This document shows, one piece after another, positions 7,954 through 16,273 of a stretch of 64,000 bases of DNA (positions within the stretch are counted from its first letter, which is position 1; every line of letters begins with the position of its first letter). This DNA comes from Bacillota bacterium (GTDB lineage Bacteria > Bacillota > Clostridia > Peptostreptococcales > Anaerovoracaceae), in contig JAFPXN010000044.1 of the NCBI GenBank assembly GCA_017412505.1, positions 3,619-67,618 on the forward strand, given 5' to 3'. The notes beneath the pieces are model-generated. The model saw only the letters and a list, made by a program, of their open reading frames with translations. It made no database searches and was not told the origin of the DNA. The translations under genes were made by a program, and so were the position numbers.

Positions 7954-9168
7954 ATGGAAAAGATCAAGATGACGACACCGCTCGTCGAAATGGACGGCGA
8001 CGAAATGACCCGGATCATCTGGAAGATGATCAAGGACGAACTGCTGGAACCGTTCGTAGACCTGAAGACCGAGTATTACGACCTGGGCCTGATGGAAAGA
8101 GACAAGACCAAGGACCAGATCACGAAGGACGCCGCCAACGCCTGCAGAAAGTACGGCGTAGGCGTCAAGTGCGCGACCATCACCCCCAACGCCCAGAGAA
8201 TGACCGAATACAACCTGACCGAGATGTGGAAGAGCCCGAACGGCACGATCCGCGCCATCATGGACGGTACCGTATTCAGAGCTCCGATCCTGGTAGACTT
8301 CATCAAGCCGGTCGTCAAAAACTGGAAGAAGCCCATCACCATCGCTCGTCACGCGTACGGCGACATCTATAAGGCTGTCGACTACAGAGTTCCCGAAAAG
8401 GGCCAGGCCAAGATCTCCTTCAAGGGCGAATCCGGCGAGGAATGGGAATCCGTCGTCTATGACTTCGAATGCCCGGGCGTTCTGCAGGGCCTGTACAATA
8501 AGGATTCCTCCATCGAATCCTTCGCGCACAGCTGCTTCAAGTACGCCATCAATACCAAGCAGAGCCTGTGGTTCTCCACCAAGGACACCATCTGCAAGAA
8601 GTACGACGGACAGTTCAAGGCCATCTTCCAGAAGGTCTACGAAGAGAACTACAAGGCCGATTTCGAAAAGCTGGGTCTGGAATACTTCTACACCCTGATC
8701 GACGACGCCATCGCCAGAGTCATCCGTTCCGAAGGCGGCTACATCTGGGCCTGCAAGAACTACGACGGCGACGTCATGAGCGATATGGTCTCCACCGCGT
8801 TCGGTTCCCTGGCCATGATGACCTCCGTGCTCTGCAGCCCGGACGGCAAGTTCGAATACGAAGCGGCGCACGGCACTGTCACCCGCCACTACTACAAGTA
8901 TAAGGAGACCGGCGAGATGACCTCCACGAACCCCATGGCGACGATCTTCGCCTGGAGCGGCGCGCTGCGCAAGAGAGGCGAAATGGATGGTCTGGCAGAT
9001 CTGCAGAACTTCGCGGATCAGCTGGAAGGCGCCTGCTTCGACACGCTGTACAGCGGCATCATGACGAAGGACCTCGTAGGTCTGGCAGAAGGCATCGACG
9101 CCAAGGCTGTCACCACCGACAAGTTCATCGCAGAGATCAGAAAGAATCTCGAAAAGAGACTCGCGTAG
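7954..9168 (+). CDS. icd: NADP-dependent isocitrate dehydrogenase, eukaryotic-like subfamily II type (about 400 aa)
   Basis: PLVEMDGDEMTRIIW..., GVGVKCATITPN, TIARHAYGDIYKA, KNYDGDVMSD and HGTVTRHYY. Confidence 0.9.
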   Translation: MEKIKMTTPLVEMDGDEMTRIIWKMIKDELLEPFVDLKTEYYDLGLMERDKTKDQITKDAANACRKYGVGVKCATITPNAQRMTEYNLTEMWKSPNGTIRAIMDGTVFRAPILVDFIKPVVKNWKKPITIARHAYGDIYKAVDYRVPEKGQAKISFKGESGEEWESVVYDFECPGVLQGLYNKDSSIESFAHSCFKYAINTKQSLWFSTKDTICKKYDGQFKAIFQKVYEENYKADFEKLGLEYFYTLIDDAIARVIRSEGGYIWACKNYDGDVMSDMVSTAFGSLAMMTSVLCSPDGKFEYEAAHGTVTRHYYKYKETGEMTSTNPMATIFAWSGALRKRGEMDGLADLQNFADQLEGACFDTLYSGIMTKDLVGLAEGIDAKAVTTDKFIAEIRKNLEKRLA

Positions 9169-9178
9169 GAGGAACTAT

Positions 9179-9472
9179 ATGAAATTGATCCATAAGGCGA
9201 TGGCCGGCACCATGGAATCCTCGGATATCATGGTCACCATCGAACCCAAGGAAGAGGGCGGCATCGAACTGGAACTCACCAGTTCCGTCATGCAGCAGTT
9301 CGGCCGTCAGATCGAAGCGGTCATCCGCGAGACCCTGAAGGGTCTGGGCGTGGAGAACGCCCGCGTGACCGCGGCGGACAAGGGCGCCCTGGACTGCACC
9401 ATCAAGGCCAGAGTCAACTGCGCAGCGTTCCGCGCTGCCGACAGCGACGCATACGTATGGGAGGCGAAATAA
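9179..9472 (+). CDS. citD: Citrate lyase acyl carrier protein (gamma subunit)
   Basis: 97 aa with AGTMESSDIMVTIEP, the prosthetic-group serine context, and adjacent to citE/citF. Confidence 0.9.
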   Translation: MKLIHKAMAGTMESSDIMVTIEPKEEGGIELELTSSVMQQFGRQIEAVIRETLKGLGVENARVTAADKGALDCTIKARVNCAAFRAADSDAYVWEAK

Positions 9473-9473
9473 A

Positions 9474-10370
9474 ATGAGAGAAAAGAAACGCCTCAGAAGA
9501 TCTATGATGTTCGTGCCCGGCAACAACCCCGGCATGATCCGCGACTGCCACATCTACGGCTCCGACTCCGTGATGTTCGACCTGGAAGACTCCGTCTCCA
9601 TCATGGAGAAGGACGCGGCGAGATTCCTCGTCTACCAGGCGCTGCACGACCTGAAGTACGGCAAGAAGGAACTCGTCGTACGTATCAACGACCTGAACTC
9701 CGGCCTCGGCATCAAGGACCTGGAAGCCATCGTGAGAGCCGGCGTCCACGTCGTCCGTCTGCCGAAGACCGACTCCGCGCAGGACGTCATCGACTGTGAA
9801 AAGGAGATCGCCCGCATCGAGTCCGAAGCCGGCATCCCCGTAGGCACCACCCTGATGATGGCTGCCATCGAGAGCGCCAACGGCGTGCTGAACGCCCGCG
9901 AGATCGCCCACGCGTCCGACCGTCTGATCGGCATCGCCCTGGGCGCGGAAGACTACGTCACCGACCTGAAGACCACCAGAAGCGACGGCATCGAACTGCT
10001 GTTCGCCCGCTGCATGATCCTCAACGCGGCCAGATCCGCCGGCATCGACGCTCTGGACACTGTCTATTCCGACGTCAACAACGAAGAGGGCTTCATCGCG
10101 GAAGCGACCCTCATCAAGAAACTGGGCTTCGACGGCAAGTCCGTCATCAACCCGCGCCAGATCGAACCGCTGCATAAGGTGTTCATGCCCAGCGAAAAGG
10201 ACCTGAACAAGGCAAAGGCCGTTATGGGCGCATACGAAGAAGCGATGGCAAAGGGCTCCGGCGTCGTCGCTCTCAACGGCAAGATGATCGACAAGCCCGT
10301 CGTCATCCGCGCGCAGAGACTGCTGGAGCTCAACGAGCTGGCCGGCGTAAGAGAAGTGGAGGAGATCTAA
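9474..10370 (+). CDS. citE: Citrate lyase beta subunit (citryl-CoA lyase)
   Basis: RRSMMFVPGNNPGM, FDLEDSV and ALGAEDY motifs from the HpcH/CitE family. Confidence 0.9.
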   Translation: MREKKRLRRSMMFVPGNNPGMIRDCHIYGSDSVMFDLEDSVSIMEKDAARFLVYQALHDLKYGKKELVVRINDLNSGLGIKDLEAIVRAGVHVVRLPKTDSAQDVIDCEKEIARIESEAGIPVGTTLMMAAIESANGVLNAREIAHASDRLIGIALGAEDYVTDLKTTRSDGIELLFARCMILNAARSAGIDALDTVYSDVNNEEGFIAEATLIKKLGFDGKSVINPRQIEPLHKVFMPSEKDLNKAKAVMGAYEEAMAKGSGVVALNGKMIDKPVVIRAQRLLELNELAGVREVEEI

Positions 10371-10371
10371 A

Positions 10372-11910
10372 ATGGCAGAGAAAAGTTTTGATTTTGCGAA
10401 GATCCCCCACATCGGAGAGATCGCCTGCAACGGTGAGTTCAAGGCTGCCAAAGCCCGCAACACCGCTACGTTCGAAGAGAAGTTCGACCAGAAGAATAAG
10501 GTCGTGGAAAGCCTGGAGAAGGCGATCCGCCTGTCCGGTTTAAAGGACGGCGACACCATCAGCTTCCACCATCATTTCCGCAACGGCGACCACATCATCA
10601 ACCAGGTCGTCGCCAAGCTGGCGGAGATGGGCTTCAAGAATCTGACCCTGGCATCCAGCTCCCTGGCTGCCGTACATGCGCCTCTGATCGAGTACATCGA
10701 ACAGGGCGTCATCACCCACATCGAAACGTCCGGCATGCGCGGAGAACTGGCGGAACAGATCTCCCGCGGCCTGATGGATTTCCCCGTCGTCTTCCGCTCC
10801 CACGGCGGCAGAGGCGAAGCGGTCGCTTCCGGCGAGCTGCACATCAACGTGGCTTTCCTGGGCGCTCCGTCCTGCGACCCGTTCGGCAACGCCAACGGCT
10901 ACAGCAGAGATGACGACGAGTCCATCATGTGCGGCTCCCTGGGCTATGCCCGTCCGGACGCGCACATGGCGGATACGACCATCATCATTACAAATAACCT
11001 CGTGAAGTTCCCGAACACGCCCTGCGCCATCCCCGAATCCGACGTGGATTACGTGGTGGTCATGGACGACATCGGCGACCCGAAGGGCATCATGAGCGGT
11101 GCCACCCGTTATACGAAGAACCCGAAGGAACTGATCATCGCGAAGACCGCGGCGGAAGTCGTCAAGGCTGCCGGCTACGTCTACGACGGATTCTCCATGC
11201 AGATGGGTTCCGGCGGCGCATCCCTGGCTACGGCCAGATACCTGCGCCAGATGATGATCGACGAAGGCATCAAGTGCCGGTTCGCGCTGGGCGGCATCAC
11301 CGGCCAGATCACGGCCATGCACGAAGAAGGCCTGATCGAGAAGATCCTGGACGTCCAGTCCTTCGACCTCGACGCGGCCAAGTCCCTGAAAAAGAACCAC
11401 TTCCATCAGCAGATCGACGCTCCGACGTACGCGAGTTACAGAAGAGAGTCTGCTGTCAACCAGCTGGACTTCGTCATCCTGTCCGCTCTGGAGGTCGACA
11501 CGGACTTCAACGTCAACGTCCTGACCGGTTCTGACGGCGTCATCCGCGGCGCGATCGGCGGCCACCCCGACACGGCGGAAGGCGCGGCGCTGTCCGTCAT
11601 CGTCTGCCCGCTCACGAGAGGCCGCATCCCCTGCGTCGTGCCCAAGGTCAACACGATCGTTACCCCGGGCAGCGTCGTGGACGTGGTCATCACGGACCAG
11701 GGCGTAGCGGTGAACCCGAACCGTCCGGAAGTGGCCGAAAAGCTGGTCGCTGCCGGCATTCCCGTCGTCTCCATCGAGTCCCTGGCGGAGAGAGCCGAAC
11801 ACATCGTCGGCAAGCCAGATCCCATCAAGTTCAAGGATAAGATCGTGGCGGTCGTCATGTACCGCGACAACACCGTCATCGATGTCGTAAGACAGATCGA
11901 CGAGGACTAA
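10372..11910 (+). CDS. citF: Citrate lyase alpha subunit (citrate CoA-transferase)
   Basis: 512 aa with SFHHHFRNGD and MQMGSGGASLA motifs, at the end of the citDEF order. Confidence 0.9.
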   Translation: MAEKSFDFAKIPHIGEIACNGEFKAAKARNTATFEEKFDQKNKVVESLEKAIRLSGLKDGDTISFHHHFRNGDHIINQVVAKLAEMGFKNLTLASSSLAAVHAPLIEYIEQGVITHIETSGMRGELAEQISRGLMDFPVVFRSHGGRGEAVASGELHINVAFLGAPSCDPFGNANGYSRDDDESIMCGSLGYARPDAHMADTTIIITNNLVKFPNTPCAIPESDVDYVVVMDDIGDPKGIMSGATRYTKNPKELIIAKTAAEVVKAAGYVYDGFSMQMGSGGASLATARYLRQMMIDEGIKCRFALGGITGQITAMHEEGLIEKILDVQSFDLDAAKSLKKNHFHQQIDAPTYASYRRESAVNQLDFVILSALEVDTDFNVNVLTGSDGVIRGAIGGHPDTAEGAALSVIVCPLTRGRIPCVVPKVNTIVTPGSVVDVVITDQGVAVNPNRPEVAEKLVAAGIPVVSIESLAERAEHIVGKPDPIKFKDKIVAVVMYRDNTVIDVVRQIDED

Positions 11911-11924
11911 GGCTTAAAGCGCAA

Positions 11925-11968
11925 AGAAAAAGAGGGTGCCTGCGAGTGCGAGGGCATCCTCTTTTTCT
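11925..11968. terminator. Bidirectional terminator between citF (+) and the esterase gene (-)
   Basis: AGAAAAAGAGGGUGCC / GGCAUCCUCUUUUUCU 16-bp arms flanked by an A-run and a T-run. Confidence 0.7.
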
Positions 11969-11983
11969 TCTTTAAGAAAGGGA

Positions 11984-12826
11984 CTATTTCGTGTATTTCC
12001 GGATAAATGCGACGGTATCCCCATGCAGCGCGACGGGAATTTCCGGCGCATCCGCATCCGGGCAGACGTAATTGTCGTGCTTGTATCCTTTGTACTCGAG
12101 GAATTGCACGTCGCCTTCGTATCCGATGGTCTTCAGAGACGCCAGATAGAGCTGCGTCTGCAGCGCCCGGTTTGTCAGGTCGACCTCTGCGAGGGTCACG
12201 AGCTGGGGCACCGGTAAAGATTTCAGATAATACATAGGCGCCGCGTCGTCGATTAACGTCAGTCGCGGATCCCTGCCTCGTGCGAACAGCACGCTGAAGT
12301 GGCTGGTCGGCTGGCCGCTGGCAAAGATGCAGCCGGCGAAGTCTGCGGGGTCCATGCCATAGGGCTGCAGCACGCTCTCGTCGAACAGCAGCATCATGGA
12401 CAGCCAGGCGCCGGCGGAGTGACCGCCTAAGAACATCTTTCCGTTATAAGGAACGTATTCTGCCAGATGATCGCGCACCCAGGCCATGGCGCAGGCGGAA
12501 TCATCGAGAAACCCGCGGAAGACACCGTCCGGGTCGTCGCAGAAATGCGGGTCCGGCGCGACCGGAAATCCTTCGAATTCCGGGTACAGCCTGTAATTCG
12601 GCGCCGCGACAGCAATGCCTTCCTTCGCCAGTTCCGTACAGTATTCGATATAGTTGCTCTTTGTCCAGTGATAATGCAGAAATCCGCCTCCATGGAAGAA
12701 CACCAGGACCGGGCAGTCTTCTGCGCCGATGGGCAGGTACAGGTCCAGCGTTTGGGAATCCGCGCCTGACGGCTTTCCGCCTTCGCGGTACAAGACGTCT
12801 TTTATGGTCTTGATCTTGTAAGCCAT
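11984..12826 (-). CDS. Alpha/beta-hydrolase fold esterase/lipase
   Basis: The oxyanion-hole-like motif VFFHGGGF and the nucleophile elbow GGHSAGA. I chose the start at ATG 12826, preceded by AAGGAG, rather than 12859. Confidence 0.75.
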   Translation of the reverse strand: MAYKIKTIKDVLYREGGKPSGADSQTLDLYLPIGAEDCPVLVFFHGGGFLHYHWTKSNYIEYCTELAKEGIAVAAPNYRLYPEFEGFPVAPDPHFCDDPDGVFRGFLDDSACAMAWVRDHLAEYVPYNGKMFLGGHSAGAWLSMMLLFDESVLQPYGMDPADFAGCIFASGQPTSHFSVLFARGRDPRLTLIDDAAPMYYLKSLPVPQLVTLAEVDLTNRALQTQLYLASLKTIGYEGDVQFLEYKGYKHDNYVCPDADAPEIPVALHGDTVAFIRKYTK

Positions 12827-12937
12827 GGTATGATCTCCTTTGCCTGTCCAGTATATCATAAAGACCCGCAGACCGGTCTCCGCTCGTTGACATTTCCCTT
12901 CACTCTGCTAAACTGCAAGTGGTAAGGAAGGTTATTC

Positions 12938-13549
12938 ATGGAACGCGATAATAGAAAAGACAAGTTTAGAAAGGCATTGAACGTAGTGCTTGCGATTGCC
13001 GTTTTCGGCGCGTGGGGCCAGATGGTGTTTTCCGGGGAAGGCACGCTGGCTTCCACCGGGCTTTCGAGTCTGAAGTACTTCACCGTGCTGTCCAACCTGC
13101 TGGAAGGGTTCGCATGCCTTTATTGGCTCGCGGGCAAAGGCGCGAAAGGGGAACGGCTGAAGTTCGTGGCGACAGTCGCGGTCTCTGTTACGTTCCTCGT
13201 GGTCATGACCTTTCTGGGACCTTTGTACGGCTATCCGGCCATGTTCCACGGAGGCAATCTGTGGCTTCATCTGATCGTTCCCGTCGGGGCGATCCTGGAA
13301 CAGCTCTTCCTGTCGAAAAGCCCATTTGGCCGCAAAGACGTGCTGTTCGCGGCGCTCCCGGTCCTGTTTTACGGCGCTGGATATCTGGGCAACATTCTGA
13401 TGAACGGCGTCGGCGAATGGCCGGACACCAACGACTGGTACAGTTTTATGATGTGGGGCTATCCCGGCGCCGCTGTGATCTACGGCGGACTTCTTCTCAT
13501 CTCCCTGGCGCTGGGCCTGTTGTTCCGGAAGGTCAGGGTGAAGAAATGA
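12938..13549 (+). CDS. Multi-pass membrane protein, possibly Pr6Pr/AIG1-like family
   Basis: Five or six hydrophobic segments and a YFTVLSNLL motif. A TTGACA-N16/17-TAAACT promoter lies upstream (about 12887-12915). Confidence 0.5.
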   Translation: MERDNRKDKFRKALNVVLAIAVFGAWGQMVFSGEGTLASTGLSSLKYFTVLSNLLEGFACLYWLAGKGAKGERLKFVATVAVSVTFLVVMTFLGPLYGYPAMFHGGNLWLHLIVPVGAILEQLFLSKSPFGRKDVLFAALPVLFYGAGYLGNILMNGVGEWPDTNDWYSFMMWGYPGAAVIYGGLLLISLALGLLFRKVRVKK

Positions 13550-14421
13550 CCAGGAGCAGAATCATAAAACTTATCGCAGCGATCCTCCTTCTGGTCCTGC
13601 TCATTCTCCTGATTGGCTTTCTGCTTCCCCGCAGCCTGGACGAGGCGGTGTGGCGCTACCGGACGGAACCGAAGCACGTCACCATCCTCCGGTATGACCA
13701 GAACGACCCGCCCGCTTTCGGGGTCACGCTGGATGAGGCCAGAACGGCGGAACTGATGCGGCAACTGAAAGCCCTGAGCGGGCGGTACAAAGGACCGTCC
13801 GGCAAGGATGCGGGCGAGGCTGCGCCGGCCGGCTACGTCCTCCGGCTGAACAGCACCGGTTACGGCGAAGTTGATTTCGCGGGAGAATCCGGATTTGTGC
13901 TGGCGGAGAAAAGCGGCCTGCTGAGCGCCAGCTGGGGCGGAGGCAAAAGCGCTGCTTATGACCTGGGAAAGGACACGCAGGCGTTCTTCGACTTGTGCGA
14001 CTCCTATCTGGACCCGGACGGAGGCTATCCCGGCCGCGCTTTCCTGCAGGAATTCTTCAACGTCGGTACGGATCGATGGAAGATCTGGGAATCGGCCATG
14101 TTTTCTTCTGATTCCGGAGCCATGGCCCGCGCGATCGAACCGTATCATGCGGGGCTGGCGCCCTACGTGACGCCCGAGATCCTCAAAAGGATCGAGCTGG
14201 GCCGGTATCTTGCCAACATGGAACTGTCCTGTATGGCTGAAGCCCGCAGCTGGCAGATCCAGATGATACGCGTGGACGAAAAGTCCGAGCCCGGCAGCTA
14301 TAACTTCTGGGTAGATCTGTGCAGCACGGAAGAACCGTACGCGTACAAGACCTTCTCGGGAAGCTACGTGGCGAACGGCGAAGGCCTGATCAAGAATTTT
14401 TATGTAGATTTAAGCGAATAA
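13546..14421 (+). CDS. Membrane-anchored protein of unknown function
   Basis: MTRSRIIKLIAAILLLVLLILLIGFLL forms an N-terminal anchor. The ATG overlaps the upstream stop (ATGA). The upstream 178 codons of the 469-aa ORF overlap the preceding gene and were discarded. Confidence 0.55.
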   Translation: MTRSRIIKLIAAILLLVLLILLIGFLLPRSLDEAVWRYRTEPKHVTILRYDQNDPPAFGVTLDEARTAELMRQLKALSGRYKGPSGKDAGEAAPAGYVLRLNSTGYGEVDFAGESGFVLAEKSGLLSASWGGGKSAAYDLGKDTQAFFDLCDSYLDPDGGYPGRAFLQEFFNVGTDRWKIWESAMFSSDSGAMARAIEPYHAGLAPYVTPEILKRIELGRYLANMELSCMAEARSWQIQMIRVDEKSEPGSYNFWVDLCSTEEPYAYKTFSGSYVANGEGLIKNFYVDLSE

Positions 14422-14446
14422 ATACGATCGAGAGAGGCAATGACCC

Positions 14447-14974
14447 ATGGCAACAGATTATAAGATCGAAGGACGGAACCAGGCAATTCTGGATAAGGTG
14501 GACCGGGCTCTGGTGGAAGAAGGCGCAGACGCGTTCGCGAACGAACTGATGTGCTCCCAGTGCGCTTACGTCCACGGCGCACGGATGTTGGGCTTCGACG
14601 AGGAGCAGGCGCTGCTGGCAGCCAGCGGCTTCGGCTGGGGCATGCAGCACGGCGAGCGCTGCGGGGCGGTCACGGGAAGCCTGATGGCCCTGGGCCTGAA
14701 GTACGGCTACCGGAACGCCGAGGAATTTCCGAACTACCAGATCCTGAAGAAAAAGCAGGCGGAATTTGACCGCAGATTTCTGGAGGGCGTGGGAGCGCTC
14801 ACCTGCCGGGAGATCCTGAAAGGGAATTACGCGGTGGAAAAGGAACGGTCGCAGATCTACGCGGAGCGGCGCTATGACGCCTGCGAGCAGGTGATGGGCT
14901 ACGCCATGAGCATCCTGGAAGACCTGCTGAACGACACGTCCGACGACGAGGCGCTCATCCGCTGCGAAAAATAA
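14447..14974 (+). CDS. C_GCAxxG_C_C family putative redox-active protein
   Basis: CSQCAY .. GFGWGMQHGERCGAVTGSLMALGL .. LTCREI .. YDACEQV cysteine pattern. Confidence 0.7.
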   Translation: MATDYKIEGRNQAILDKVDRALVEEGADAFANELMCSQCAYVHGARMLGFDEEQALLAASGFGWGMQHGERCGAVTGSLMALGLKYGYRNAEEFPNYQILKKKQAEFDRRFLEGVGALTCREILKGNYAVEKERSQIYAERRYDACEQVMGYAMSILEDLLNDTSDDEALIRCEK

Positions 14975-15052
14975 TTTCGAAACATTTCGATTCCCATGTC
15001 GCATTTCGGCATGGGAATTCGTATCTATAGGTGAAAGGGGCAGACGAACTGC

Positions 15053-15580
15053 ATGCTGCAAGTGTACCTGTCGCTGCTGGATACCCAGGCGGAGAAGGAT
15101 AAGTTCATACAGGTCTACGAGGCCTACCGGGATCTGATGTTCTATATCGCAAGGCGGTATCTGGCCGGCGATGCGGACCGGGAGATTGCGGTGGACGGGG
15201 CGCTGCACGCGCTTTTGGGGGTGCTCGAGTCCCTCGATGACCCATTCAGCACCAAGACGAAGAACCTCGTCGCCCTCATTACGCGCAACAAGTGCATCGA
15301 CGTGCTGCGGCGCAGAGGCGGCGCATCGGAAGAGTCTTGGGAGGAATCGGGAGGAGAAGAAACCTTGCCTGCCAAGGCTCCGGATGCGGCAGCGGACGAT
15401 TTGTCGCTGGCGATCCGTTCTCTTCGCGAAACGAGCCAGGACGTACTAATCCTAAGGTACTATTATGGGTATTCCGCAGCGGAGATCGGTAAGATCCTGG
15501 GAATCGGCCGCGATGCTGCCAGGAAGCGGCTGGAGCGGGCAAAGAAGGAACTGAAGGAGATGCTGGAGGGGGACGTATGA
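15053..15580 (+). CDS. ECF-type sigma-70 family RNA polymerase sigma factor
   Basis: Region 2 (DKFIQVYEAYRDLMFYIARRYL, RNKCIDVLRRR) and region 4 (ILRYYYGYSAAEIGKILGIGRDAARKRLERAKKEL). Confidence 0.85.
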   Translation: MLQVYLSLLDTQAEKDKFIQVYEAYRDLMFYIARRYLAGDADREIAVDGALHALLGVLESLDDPFSTKTKNLVALITRNKCIDVLRRRGGASEESWEESGGEETLPAKAPDAAADDLSLAIRSLRETSQDVLILRYYYGYSAAEIGKILGIGRDAARKRLERAKKELKEMLEGDV

Positions 15581-16272
15581 ACAGAGACAGAACAGAATGG
15601 GCGGCATGCGGAAAGACCTACTCGTTTGCCGATTTGGCGCAGGCCTGCGAAGCAGCAGCTTCGGCCTCGCTTTCGGACCTTCCGGACATTCTGCCGGCGG
15701 CGGAACCGTCTGAAGCCTTTTCGAAGCGGGTGGAGCGCCTGCACCGGAAGTACCTGAGGGGCCTGCGCCTGGCTCAGTTCGGACGCGCGGCGGCCGGCAT
15801 CGCACTGGCGCTGCTGCTCACATTCTCGGCGGTCATCACAGCGAATGCCCAGGCCAGAAATGCCTTCCTTGCCTGGTGGCAGCGGACATCGGGCAGCAGC
15901 GTGGCGTACTGGTACGGCCGGGAAAGCGATGCGGGAAAGACAGGCAGCTACCAGTTATCTCTTGTGCCGGAGGGGATGCAGGCTGTTCGGCGGACGGAGA
16001 GCGAAGGCTTTTCCAGCACGGTCTATGAAGGCAGCGGACATCTGTTGGTATTCGAATATTCCGGCGGCGAAGAAGCCGGCGCCTTCGAAGTGTTCGAGGC
16101 GGGCGAAGGCATTCCGGTAGAAGTGGGCGGTCTGCCCGGCAGGTTGTTTGCGGAGAATGGACGGATCAGCCTGATCTGGATGGACGAAGCGGCCAGTGTC
16201 GTCTTTACCATCAGTTCGGACCTGGATGTACAGACGGTGCTGCAGGCTGCGGAAAGTGTAAAGGGGTATTGA
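15577..16272 (+). CDS. Putative anti-sigma factor, DUF4367-like
   Basis: Overlaps the sigma gene stop, has a single TM segment (AAAGIALALLLTFSAVI) and a C-terminal beta-rich domain as in DUF4367 partners of clostridial ECF sigmas. Confidence 0.6.
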   Translation: MNRDRTEWAACGKTYSFADLAQACEAAASASLSDLPDILPAAEPSEAFSKRVERLHRKYLRGLRLAQFGRAAAGIALALLLTFSAVITANAQARNAFLAWWQRTSGSSVAYWYGRESDAGKTGSYQLSLVPEGMQAVRRTESEGFSSTVYEGSGHLLVFEYSGGEEAGAFEVFEAGEGIPVEVGGLPGRLFAENGRISLIWMDEAASVVFTISSDLDVQTVLQAAESVKGY

Positions 16273-16273
16273 G

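Noticed and set aside
6988-8889. A 633-codon minus-strand ORF spanning the aconitase/IDH junction
   Set aside because: It crosses an intergenic spacer and two well-supported + strand genes. Its composition is an artefact (Gly/Asp/Val/Ala runs) with no recognisable domain.
13012-13545. An N-terminal 178-codon extension of the 469-aa ORF 13012-14421
   Set aside because: It overlaps the membrane-protein gene 12938-13549 in another frame and translates to Arg/Gly/Pro-rich text. The ATG at 13546 gives a normal signal-anchor and an ATGA stop/start overlap.
14975-15052. An ECF-type autoregulatory promoter and a terminator upstream of the sigma gene
   Set aside because: A 9-bp hairpin (AUUCCCAUG/CAUGGGAAU) is present but has no U tract. 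GAAAC and CGTA-like elements exist, but not at a convincing -35/-10 spacing.
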